In this document: in pieces, positions 39,238 to 50,947 of the stretch | How the letters are laid out: each line of letters opens with the position of its first letter | Position numbering within the stretch: position 1 is the first letter of the stretch | From: Chara braunii | Lineage: Eukaryota; Plantae; Charophyceae | Assembly: GCA_003427395.1 (NCBI GenBank) | Contig: BFEA01000009.1 | Span: 2,741,792 to 2,804,500 of the forward strand | Length of the DNA: 62,709 nt | Reading direction: 5' to 3' | Made by a program: the position numbers and the translations under genes | The notes under the pieces: generated by a model | What the model was told of the DNA's origin: nothing | The model's input: only the letters and a program-made list of their open reading frames with translations | The model's database searches: none

Positions 39238-42207
39238 ACAAGAAAAGTCACCCGGTACCAATTCTGGTAAGTTAGGAGGAAGGAGTGTATTACGAGCAAG
39301 AAAGGGAGTTGATACGACAAATGAGAGAAAGTACTAAAAATGAACCTTGTCGCATCAATAAGGAAACTGAAAGAAATTTGATAATAGGCGAACCCGGTTT
39401 CCTGACAAACCAAGAAGAGGCTTCGGTTAAGGACCTGATACGTGAGAAGCATGGAGTGTATGTTTTCACTGATGATCAGCGAGGATGGCTGAATGTTTAC
39501 AAAATCAAAATAATCCGCATTCATACTATGCCTCATGAGTCATGGAATGTTCGAGGAGCTAAGTATCCCAATCCTGAAGATCGTAGAAAAGTGGTGGAGT
39601 ACCTAGATGGGAAGATTCGTACGAATGCTGCAAAATTTTCTAGCAGACCATACGCTTCTCCTTGGTTTTGCTTTGTAAAACCAAACGAGGTGCTTAGATG
39701 GGTACAAGACCTACAACGATTGAATGTGGTGACCGTAAGGGATGCTGGGGGGTTGCCTAACGCTAGTCAATTGTCAGAGTTTTGCGCAGGAAGATCGATT
39801 GTATCCCTTATTGATCTCTACTCAGGGTATGATCAGTTTCCTATCTATCCTGCAGACTGTCATATAACGGCGATGCACACGCCTAAAAGGATGGTCCAAA
39901 TGAATGTTGCATCCCAATGATGGACCAACGCAGTGGCAATAGTGCAACGCGGTATGATCAGAGTAACGCAACCGATCAACCCTCAAATTACTGAGCCGTA
40001 CATTGACGACCTTGCCGTCAAGGGCCCTATCGAGAAAAATGAATCGGAAGTGGCTTATGGGATAAGAAGGTTCATATGGGAGCATGTCTAAGGATTAAGA
40101 GAAGTTATATCTCTCTTAGAAGAATACAACCTCACTGTTAGTGGCGTGAAAACAAGGCATTGTGTGAAGAAAGTAACCATTCTGGGATATGTATGCAATG
40201 AATATGGTCGACGACCAGATGGTAAAAAGACTAACAAAATTCTGGAATAGCCTACCCCCTTCAAGAATGTTAGTGAAGTTCGTAGCTTTTTGAGAACCTG
40301 TGGATTCTGGAGAAGGTTCATAGAAAGGTTTGCCACCAAGACGGGGCATCTAAGGAAACTACTACGAAAGGATCAGAACTGGGAGTAGGGTGACCTTCAA
40401 GAAGGAGTGATCGATGAGTTGAAGAAGGAATTCAAAGAAGGGGGTTTAGTGTTGGGGGTGCCAGATTATGATGCAACTATGGAAAGACCTTTTATAGTTG
40501 AAACCGATGTTGGACCAACTGCCTTGGGAGATGTCTTGATCCAGGTAGACAGTAGCGGAAAGGAAAGACCTTTGAGATTCGAAAGCCGAACGCTCAATTC
40601 AACGGAACGGAACTACTCACAGTTCAAAAGGGAAGCCTTGGCAGTCCTACACTGCCTAAGAATTTTCAGGCATTACCTTTTTGGAAGGACGTTTATCCTC
40701 AGAATTGACCCAACGACGCTCATGTATTCTCTCAAGAAATTTTCGCCATCAGACCCGACTATAATCAGGTGGCTTACCTATATATGGATGTTCGATTTTC
40801 AGCTAGAATGTATCCCGAGAAACAGGAATAAGGATGATGGCATGAGTAAAATTGAATGGGGAGATCAAGCAGGGTCAGAAGAGGAGGCAACTCCGGTAGA
40901 TGAATTTTTGGAAGAAAAGGATGATATGCGTACTCATGTCAACTGTTGGGCTATGTTCGTTGAGAGTAAGGCAATGAGGAGAGGAAATCCGATGTGGCAT
41001 CCGCCTCCTGAGTTTATGAGGGATACTTACGCCGATAGTAGAGGAGGAGTCATAGGAAGAAAGGAACCTGGAATGGATGATGGAGTTGGCCTTAGCCGAG
41101 AACTATAGGGTGATGGATGAGCCACGAACGGTCGAGGCAGGAGCTTGACAAGCAGACGAACAAGTAGCCATGGTGGGTAGAATGTACTACTTGTCGATGA
41201 CGAATTCCCTCTTACAAGTCCAATCGAATGATGAAGGGAGTGTGGTGAAAGCTGATGAAATAATAATTGGGGATGATTATGAATTTGATGAGGAGAAAGA
41301 GGAGGAATTTGAGCAAGGAAAGATTTCATAAGATTTCCGAGAGGAGGAGTATGATGGATTCTACCTAGAAATGGGATTGCTCCTTCAAGGAGACAAGAGG
41401 GAGAGAGAGAGGTTAGTGAGACGACTCTTCGGATGAGAGATCATTATGTAGTAAGAGGTGACCATTTATTCATTTAAGATAAAAGGGGGCCGCCGCGGCA
41501 GTGGTGTGCAGAAATAGTCGTGAGATTGATGTCATAGCTGCGCTTCATGACGGGATAGTTGGGGGACATCGAAGTTTTGCGGCAACCTACAAGCAGGCGA
41601 TGAAACTCTACTATTGGGTAAGAATGTTTGAGATGAATCGTATATACTGTGAATCATGTGTACCTTGTCAAATACGATCACCCGTCAAATATAAGGAGCC
41701 TCTGCATCCCAGGTACATCAAAGATGTGGGGGTAGTTGTTCATTTGGACCTACTGGCCATGCCGTAAGGGCTCAATGAGTATACTTATATATTTGACGTC
41801 AGGGACAACCTTACCGGATTTGTCGATGGCAAGACCATTAGGAACAAAACTGGGGTGGTGCTGGCAGAATACATCAAGGAATACTACCTTAGGTATCCGT
41901 TCGTATTAGAATTCACAATGGACAGGGGGTCTGAGTTTACGTGTGGGGAAGTGAAAGAACTGCTAAGAGAATTAGGAGTCATGGGTAACTACACGACTCG
42001 GGCTCACCCACAAGCAAATGCGTCAGTTGAGAGGGGTCATAGTACCATTATAAATTTGCTAGCCAAATGGATCAATGGGAGGCCGAATCTCTGGCCAAAA
42101 TACCTGAGAATAGTATTCTTTGTGGAAAATGTCACTATTAAGAGGACAACGGGGTATGCACCTGCAACCCTCTGGCATGGTCGGCACGCCACATTCCCAA
42201 TAGAAAG
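39186..42207 (+). pseudogene. pol: pol: reverse transcriptase, RNase H and integrase (integrase C-terminus deleted)
   Basis: RT: YASPWFCFVKPN, WVQDLQRLN, IDLYSGYDQF, YIDD (39999-40010). RNase H: IVETDVGPTALG, YSQFKREALAVL. IN: H-x5-GH...CVPC zinc motif, HLDL, MDRGSEF and VERGH with D-35-E spacing. Confidence 0.95.
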
Positions 42208-42438
42208 CAAGATTAGAGAAGAGGTGAGCAGATGCTAATGACCGAACTTAAGTCAGCAAGTGTACACATACATTTATATATATATACATATATATATGAG
42301 TACATATATATATATATGGGTAAAGGATGTTTTCTAGAGCTTATGATGTGAAATGCTGCTTTGATGATGATGGTTGACCCTTGTACCTGTCACTGCTCCC
42401 TCTCTGTGTGTAGGCGTGACTCTTGAGAAGAGGTGGCC

Positions 42439-44633
42439 ATGGCCCAAAGAGGAAGAATGGCAGGGCCCTCTGGACCAACCTTGAGAAAGGGAAGGCAGAG
42501 GAGGGATCAGAAAGTCTCAAGGAGTCTGGAGGAGCTACCGATCTACGAGGCAGGGGATAACTGACGTGTATTCTTGAGAGATTTCGAGGAGTATGCCTTC
42601 AGGTGAGAATGGGATGACAGGATGAACCTCTGAAGGTGACTGGAATAGGAGGATATAAGAAAAAAATTGAAGGAGTGGCAGCAAGGTACTTGAGATGGAA
42701 GACTTATGTAGTCAAGTTGTGGCAGCTCATTGGAGAGTTTCCCAGAGATGAGATAGAGGATGACTTGGCATTTGATAGGATTAATTTGGATGATTTTGTT
42801 GAGAGCCTTCAACTATCTGCAGAGAAGGGAAAATGGAATGATGGGGATAAAAGAGAGAAATTGTTGGAAACAACAGAAAAAGTGAGCTTGAAGAAGTAAA
42901 AGAGATTGTGGATGGTGTTGACACTTGACAAGGCATAATGGTGAAGTTACAAATGACATACACTCAGCTGAGGCAGGACCAGACCAGAAAAGAGAGGCTG
43001 CAAGGGAAAAGATTGTGGATTGGAAGAGAGAAGGATAAGATGCAAGGGAGTGTCCAGGAAAAGGAAAAGGAAGAGGATGTGCTACTAAGGATCTTGAGGA
43101 ACAGACCTGGGACATGGGCCAAGGACAAGAGAGAAGGGGCAGAGCAGGTTCTGGAGAAAGGAGAAAAGGGGAAGGAGATGAGTGAAGCCTCAGGGGTTGG
43201 AAAAACTGAAGTGAGAAAGTCAGTTGAGGATGGCAGGAAAGGAGTTGAGATAACAGGAAGAAAGAGGAAAGGGGGATCAGAAAAGGATAAGGGAGTGGAA
43301 GAAGAGAAGTAAGGAGAGATAAGGGTGGAGTACGAAGGGTCATCCCAGAAGAAAGAGGAAGCAAAGTAAGTACAAATAAGCAAAGGGGAAAGAGCTCAGC
43401 AGGAGAAGTGGAAGAAAGAGTGGAGATGCTACAACACGATGATCTGTCTGCAAACTCTTCTTGGGATGTAAGGTTTGAGAGGATGTTGCTCTTTGAGCTG
43501 GTGGTAAGTTCAAAACATTCCACCAACATGCATGCGACTGCATGAGATGTAAAGTGCACCAGACATTTTAAAGAGTATGCAGAAGTTGCAAGGAAACTTT
43601 GTGAGATGGAGAGAGGAAAGGAAGAGAGGGAGATTGGCGATGATTTGAGTGCTTTGGGGAAGGGACTTCAATCAGAGCTCAGAGAAAGCACCGAGCTTTT
43701 CACCCAAGGATTCTTGGATTTTATCCTTGGGCTTCTGAGAGAGATAAGCAGGTTGAGGAAAAGGGAGGAGGAAAAAAATACCCAGGTAGCAAGTGTGATA
43801 GAGGGTTTGAAAGGGGTGACGAAGGAAGTGGAAGACTTAAAAAAGGCGAAGGAAGAATTGTTAAAACAGGTAAGTGCATTGGAGGTTTCCCGAGCCCAGA
43901 AGAGCAAGGAGTTGGAAGATGAAGCGGCAGAGAGGGAGAAGATAGAGAAGAAAGTTGAGGGTTTGTGCTCAGGAATCAGTGCGCAGGGGGAAAATTTAGA
44001 AGAAAAGATTACAGAAAGAGAAAAAATGAGTCAGATGTGGGAAAAAAGATGGGGTGAGATTCTGAAAGGGATGGAGGAGCTCAGACTAAGCCACCAAGAG
44101 AAGGACAAAGAGACAACAAAGATAGTAGAATGGAAGGGTGAAGAGGGGTTTGAGATTAAGATGACAAGAGGAGAAGGGGAGGATCCTCTGTCAAAAGAGA
44201 AAGAGGAAAAGAAAAATGAACAGACTGATGTTGGAGAGGTTGGGCCCTCCAGAAAGAGGACACGAGAAGGGTTAAGGATAGAGGAGCCTCCTGCCTCAGA
44301 GGAAGGAAATAGTGAATGTTTGACCCTGCTTCAGCAGGGAGGCGCTGAAAAAAGGAGGTTCCCTGGATTGGAGTCATCATAGGGAGCGGGGAGTCAGGCA
44401 CAAACTTCAACTAGACCTCACAAAAAGAAGGCTAAATACAACAAAGCCAGAATGGGTACTTCTTTTGCACAGAAGAATGACAGTTCAGGGATGACTGTGA
44501 GATATTAGCCAGGTACATTAAAGCAGGGATGACTAAGTTTGATGCACAAGGGAGGTTGGTTGCCAGCACAGGACAGACGATCCCAGGACGCCCAAGGGTG
44601 GCACAGTAGAGCTTCATCAGATACTGGGGTTGA
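42439..44633 (+). pseudogene. Second gag-like ORF downstream of integrase (capsid-like repeats, coiled coil, degenerate CCHC knuckle)
   Basis: gccATGg start after a pyrimidine-rich ...tgtgtAG. Peptides LPIYEAGDN*RVFLRDFEEYAFR*EWDD and AFDRINLDDFVESLQLSAEKGKWND; heptad-rich 43606-44382; YFFCTEE*QFRDDC near 44457. Confidence 0.65.
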
Positions 44634-45923
44634 ATATCACCTTCCTAGCTTAGAAAGAAGTAGAGATGTGAACACTAAATAAAATTGAGATTTTGTTGAG
44701 TAAGAGAAAACATGGATGAGTAGAATGTTGTCTGGGAAGGGAACGAGTTTCTTTCCCTTAAGTTTTGATAGACTAAGGGTTAAGATTGTATAGAAGAAAA
44801 AAAAATGCATAAACATTTGAAGATAGACAATGACGATGGGAGGGATAAGTCGCAGTTCTGACTCAGTGTAACATACTTTGTATTTATATATGTGTTCAAA
44901 AGGGATGAGTTGGTGATCACAAACACTTTTCACGTTGTGAATGAGTCCTTGTCTATGGTTTGAGTCTCTTTGTGAATAGGTATCTCTCTTCGTCTATCAC
45001 TATTGGACTCATCTGAGGCCCAAAGATGGTGGTAAAAGAACGGGCGGATAAAAGTCTTGTGAGGAATTCAGGTAAAAAGTTGTATGCTCAAATGATGGAT
45101 TGATGCCTGATTGAAAAAAAAAAAAAAAAAAAAAAACACGATGACATAGACAAGTTCTTTCAATGAGTTAAAACGGTTTGCAATCATTGTGACCGGAATG
45201 TTTGTTTTGTTGGTTTTGGACAAGCAAAGAGTCAGCAATTATCGACTATCGTTTTTTTATGCAAAATGACCCCGAGGTGCATATCTTACTGAGTTGTGAT
45301 GAAAGACTTGGAGGGCACAACCCTGAATGGCAACCTGACGATAGCTCAATTGGTTTGAAAATCTCATTTATCTTGTCTATTTTAAGAAAGCATCGTTCAT
45401 CCATCTCAAGGGTTAACCTGATGGCATAAATTACCAAGCCTATGGTGAAAATTTGGCATCGTTGGGACGTAACTCCCAGCGTGGGCTGCTGACCTAACAT
45501 AACCGGACTGCGGACCCTTCGACTGTGGCTTAGAAGAAACACTAGAGGGGATGGTCACCCCAATGAAAGGATCTATTCAGGTGGGTGTCGGAGGGGTCGA
45601 GATTAGTCTTGAAATCTGTGAATATTTTGTTTTATAAGATGAATATCCCATCGTTGTACAACCAACGAGGGTAACCGCCGTTAGACAACGACATGGTGGG
45701 CCGCAACTCCGGCCTGATCAGCAAGACTGTGGTGGGTCAAGATGGAGACTGCTTGTCCTCCTATATTAGGCTTCGGGCAGGACAACTGGCAACTTTGGAC
45801 ATTTGTACCAAAGGTTGGACATCCAAGGTCTCGGTTAGGACCCGTGTTTGAAGGGTTGAGTTCGCATGCGGACACTGACCCTGGCGACAACAAACGATGA
45901 CCTGGGCCAAAAGTCTAAGGCCC

Positions 45924-45938
45924 AGGGGAAGGAGGAAG
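45924..45938 (+). promoter_or_regulatory. Polypurine tract of the giant element
   Basis: aggggaaggaggaag, 3 nt before TGTCAC. Confidence 0.8.
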
Positions 45939-45961
45939 CATTGTCACACTTGACGATTTCA

Positions 45962-46058
45962 TGTATTGTAATACGGATCGAGTATCCCCACCTCGAGTCA
46001 TTGGATTTTTATTATGGATATGATATGAGAGACCCGGGTTAAAATCCCGGCAGTAACA
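45962..46058 (+). pseudogene. Decayed tRNA-Asp-like sequence with an insertion in the anticodon loop
   Basis: ttgtaata...gagtatccccacct and gacccgggttaaaatcccggca align by eye to tRNA-Asp ttgtagta...aagtattcccgcct and gacccgggttcgatccccggca. T-stem ccggg/cccgg intact. Confidence 0.5.
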
Positions 46059-46395
46059 ATGAAACGTGAGGTGACAATGTCAATCCTGAACCACACTTTA
46101 TTCCATGGATTCGGATTTGACGAATTGCTTGTCGGAAAACATCTTTGTTGCATATAGCTCTCCAGCGACAGGAACGTCGCTTAATAGGGTCCGGGAACAC
46201 TGCCGGACCAAATACCCTTACAAAGGTATTTGGCCATGTTTTTTAGGTCGACACGCCTATTGCACCGACCGCCATGACGAAGTCAGTCTGAATGTAGATG
46301 TGTATGTGTCTTTCGCACCGCACTTTCCTCGACCATTGAGGACGGAGCAAATCGGTTAGAAAATTTTGTTAACTATGCGCGCACGTTGTTATGAG

Positions 46396-47112
46396 CAGGG
46401 TTGTCGAGCTCCGGCCGGGGTCCGGGGGTCCGGGGCTGGGCACCCCCAACCCCGGCTCAGGAACCCCCCCCCCAAAATAAATAAATAAATAAATAAATAA
46501 AATAAAATAAAAAATAGTGTGGGGTGCGCAGCGAGAACGCGCACCACGTGAGCTAAACCACAAAAATGGGGTTTTTTGCCCCACCCCGGACCCCCCCCGG
46601 GGCCACACCCACCACTNNNNNNNNNNNNNNNNNNNNNNNNNNNNNNNNNNNNNNNNNNNNNNNNNNNNNNNNNNNNNNNNNNNNNNNNNNNNNNNNNNNN
46701 NNNNNNNNNNNNNNNNNNNNNNNNNNNNNNNNNNNNNNNNNNNNNNNNNNNNNNNNNNNNNNNNNNNNNNNNNNNNNNNNNNNNNNNNNNNNNNNNNNNN
46801 NNNNNNNNNNNNNNNNNNNNNNNNNNNNNNNNNNNNNNNNNNNNNNNNNNNNNNNNNNNNNNNNNNNNNNNNNNNNNNNNNNNNNNNNNNNNNNNNNNNN
46901 NNNNNNNNNNNNNNNNNNNNNNNNNNNNNNNNNNNNNNNNNNNNNNNNNNNNNNNNNNNNNNNNNNNNNNNNNNNNNNNNNNNNNNNNNNNNNNNNNNNN
47001 NNNNNNNNNNNNNNNNNNNNNNNNNNNNNNNNNNNNNNNNNNNNNNNNNNNNNNNNNNNNNNGAAACCCCTACCCCGGCTTGGGCCCCGGGGATCCCCGC
47101 TTGACAACCTTG
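46396..47112. mobile_element. hAT-like MITE with 8-bp TSD in the 3' LTR
   Basis: TSD gttatgag at 46388-46395 and 47113-47120. TIR cagggttgtcgagc / gcttgacaaccttg (12/14). Empty site at ~20150 in the 5' LTR. Confidence 0.9.
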
Positions 47113-48572
47113 GTTATGAGAGGCGCTGTGATAATTAGGCTCGGTAGTAATATTCGTAGACCGAAAAGGGTTGAGGTGTCGATTGGGTTAGTATTATATT
47201 GAGAAAACTTACGGCGCAGAGACTTTAGATAAGCTAAACTAGAATACACCCCGACCATATAGTCGGAGCAATAAAAGGAAGTAATTGTCGAATTTTGCAG
47301 TATCACCCTGAAAATGTTTGTGGCATGTCATGTGAACTTGTATTCCGCAAACAGAGGATGAGGCTCCCGCTCGGCCTCCTGTAAGTAGAGAGGGAATTGC
47401 CCCTTGGATGGTGACTTCCTGACCACGTGGCCACCTGAGCGACCGGTGTCTTCGTACCTTTACAGAGGGAGACACCGTTGCAAGCTTTGATATTATCCGC
47501 ACAGGGCCTAGACTCATACTACTTGAGCTGGTGCCCGCCTACCGAACGATACTGGGCCTCTGAAAATGCCTGCCTTTATATTCTTCTGCTCGGCCTCAAA
47601 TTCCCGACGCGTCTCCTTGATGTGGTATCGGCCTACCCGCTGCTTAAGTGTTTTCAACAACCCTTATGTGTCACGGGCCTCTTTCCCCGCCTCTTGAGTA
47701 TTTTCCCCACCGCGATACTCAATGTCTCGGCCACCAGTAAGTACCGACCCTTCTGGCCCTACGATGAGTCAAGTACTTTTGCGGGTCACACACGTGCTCA
47801 AGCCAACAAACATACTCGCACACGGACTCAGAAAACGGGCTCAACTGAGCCCCAATACACTATTTGTATCTGAACTGTTCCACTTCTACTCGAAGTAGGA
47901 GCTAGCTCAGTAGGTTTGGGTGCAAATTATTGAATGACAGACGCAGGGATCGAATTTGCCCGACCCTTGAGCTAGCTTCTTTTTGACAAGGAGCTCAAGA
48001 GTATTTTTCCCTGACCTTGGGTGGCAAGGACTTGAACCCGCAACCTGAGCATTAGGATTAGTTATAGTTAGCTGGTTAATTGAGATTTGGGCGCCCGCAT
48101 AACGGGGACCTGACACTTGGCCGATATAGGTAGTTTGTTGGATTTTTATTATTTTATTTTATTTTGTTCTTTTATGTTAACCGTAGTTTCACAAGATTCA
48201 CGTTCATGAATCTGCCTCCGAACTCCGAGCAGATTCAGACTAGTAAAGTAGCAACGAACTGATTGCTTGGGAGTACGACGCGACATCGCAAAGGCTGAGG
48301 AGTACGGCGAGGCATCGTGAAGAGTTAGAAGCAGGGCACGGCATCGCAAAGGCTGAGGAGTATGACGCGGCATCGTGAAGAATCAGGAGCAGGGTGCGAC
48401 ATCACAAAGGCTGAGGAGTATGGCGTGGCATCGCGAGGACTTGGGAAGCACGACACAGGGAAAAGAGAGGGCAGTGTGGAGAAAAAGAGGAAAAGCTAGA
48501 GGGAGCAAAAAGGGATATCGCAAGCAATTTAGAACGCAGGTGGTCGCACGAGAGGTAGGAGGCACGTGGGGA

Positions 48573-48603
<31 letters not shown>

Positions 48604-49085
48604 GAGGAGAAGAAGAGGAAGAAGAAGAAGGAAAAGAAGAAGGCAGAGAAAGAACGGGAAAGGTGGAGACAACTTATCTATTGCCCACCCTCTGATTCAA
48701 CACTCTCATCCTATAGAGGATAGATGCGGGTGTGTTGAAGTGCTGTCTTCGTATCCGCACTCACAAAAGGGGTCTTTCTATCAGTATCGGGAGGTGTCGA
48801 GACTCGTAAGAATATGCTGTGCTCGTTTTTCGATCGAGTAGCATCGTGGAGCAACTCACCGGCCAACAAGTAAGTCTCCGATCTGCAAATGAACTCTAGC
48901 TACTTGCGTTGGTAGAATGCACAGTAAACGAATGAATATATGACTAGAATATGAAAAAGGTACATTGCTATACTCTTGGGATTGAACAAAATCGAATGAA
49001 TCTAACGTTAGGATGAGGAAGTATAAATAACTATGCAAGCGTGCGGATATTTGTGGGTAAGTGGAACGTACCATGTATGTTAGGA

Positions 49086-49117
<32 letters not shown>

Positions 49118-50292
49118 GTTGTCAAATGTATATCCATATGCATATATATATATATATGTATACCTCGTTAAAATGAGCCGCTATGCACTATGCTGCAGGG
49201 GGCGAATGGTGGTCCTTGGGCACACGTGGCATTTGTGTGGGGATCGAGGTTGCGAGGGATACGAGAGACATACCTTATGATGGAGGTGATCAGCTTTAGC
49301 CCCGATCATACATCTGGGAGTTGTTGACGTCACTTACGACATTATAGATATGCTAGATAGGATTAGTCATTCGTAGTCTGGGCGCTAAGCGTCAGATAGG
49401 ATGTCGACATTGGTTCTTTGTTGATGATGATGAAACTCCTCAGACATTGTCACTTACGAGTTTTTGTTGTGCTCTTATTTGATGAAACTCATGTTGCAAA
49501 TCTGCTTCTAGTTTGAGGTTGCGACTATCTGCTGTCATGTGCGAAATGCTGTTTGATTTTTATAAATCGTTGTTGCTCATTATTATTGTCATGATTATTA
49601 TTATTATTATTATTATTATTATAATAATAATAATAATTATTATTATTATTATTATTGATATTGTAGCTATTATTATTATTATTTTTATTGTTGTTGTTTG
49701 TTGCCCTTATCTAAATGAGGTCGCAACAGAATGAAGTCAACTGAGGAAAAACATAGAGAGGAGAGAGAGAAAATGGCGGGATTGGAGGCAGAGACTACCT
49801 GGTACGGAGAGAGAGAGAGAAAGAAAAAGAAGAGGGGGGGGCGCATGATGATCGTAGAAGGCACGTAACGTCTGTGAATAAGGGACTGAGGTTGAGAATG
49901 ATACGAGAGACTTATTTGGTGCTTGAGGCGAGCAATGTTGGTCGATATCTGCTCGGACTTCGGGACACTGTTGACGTCACCGGCAACATTGTAGATAGGT
50001 AGGGTCCGCCATTAGTGGTTCAGGCGCTGAGCGCCAGATAGGAGCTCAACATAAGCGCATTGTTGATGATGATGAGATTCGTTCAGTGCTGTCACTGTGA
50101 CCTTTTGTTGTGCTACTATTTGGTAGAACTGGTGTTGCTATTCTGCTTCTGGTCACGACTATCTGGTCTCATGTGTATGATGCTGTTTTCTGAAGCTCGC
50201 CATCGCTCACTTTCCTTGCATTTTATTTGCTTTGATTTATTCTTTTATTAGTTGACTGATATTATTATTATTATTTATTATTACTGTTGTTG

Positions 50293-50353
<61 letters not shown>

Positions 50354-50878
50354 TGTATTCGCAATAGGACTCACTTCTTTCTTACTTCACATGCATGGTA
50401 CACCACACTGGCGACAACCGCCCAACTCAAAACTAAGAGAAGTGGAACCAAAAACGATGTTCGATTACAAACTCGCTGCAGATAGAGTATGGCGCTATAG
50501 CACCCAACAAGTCGTTGCTCATAGCTATGACCAACTCCACTGCTCATACCCTCAACTCTGGATCTTCCTGGATATCCCACACATGACACACTGTACAACC
50601 GACACATATGAATACGCACAAATAAAACAAACAGAAACAGACGAACCAGATTGACATACAGGAAGAAGACGGTCAGATAAACAGATCAACGCTGTGTTGG
50701 TGTGACCTGATGGCTTGAACGTTGGCTCATGACTTCATCGTATTACTCTTATTTGGATAGGATCTCGGTGCATTTGTGCTTTCTACTTGTACACGACTAC
50801 TTGGACATCTATGTGATTTCGCATTTGGTTTTCTGTATAACGTTCACACTCATATTCTCTGCGCTCGCGAGAAGGGAA

Positions 50879-50947
<69 letters not shown>

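Noticed and set aside
43606-44382. Host myosin/SMC-like coiled-coil gene or true env
   Set aside because: It lies between integrase and PPT within the decayed second gag-like ORF, and no transmembrane segment or signal peptide is visible.
45695-45760. Hammerhead ribozyme (ctgatcag after a stem)
   Set aside because: The core deviates from CUGAUGA, and no correctly placed GAAA or stem II/III was found.
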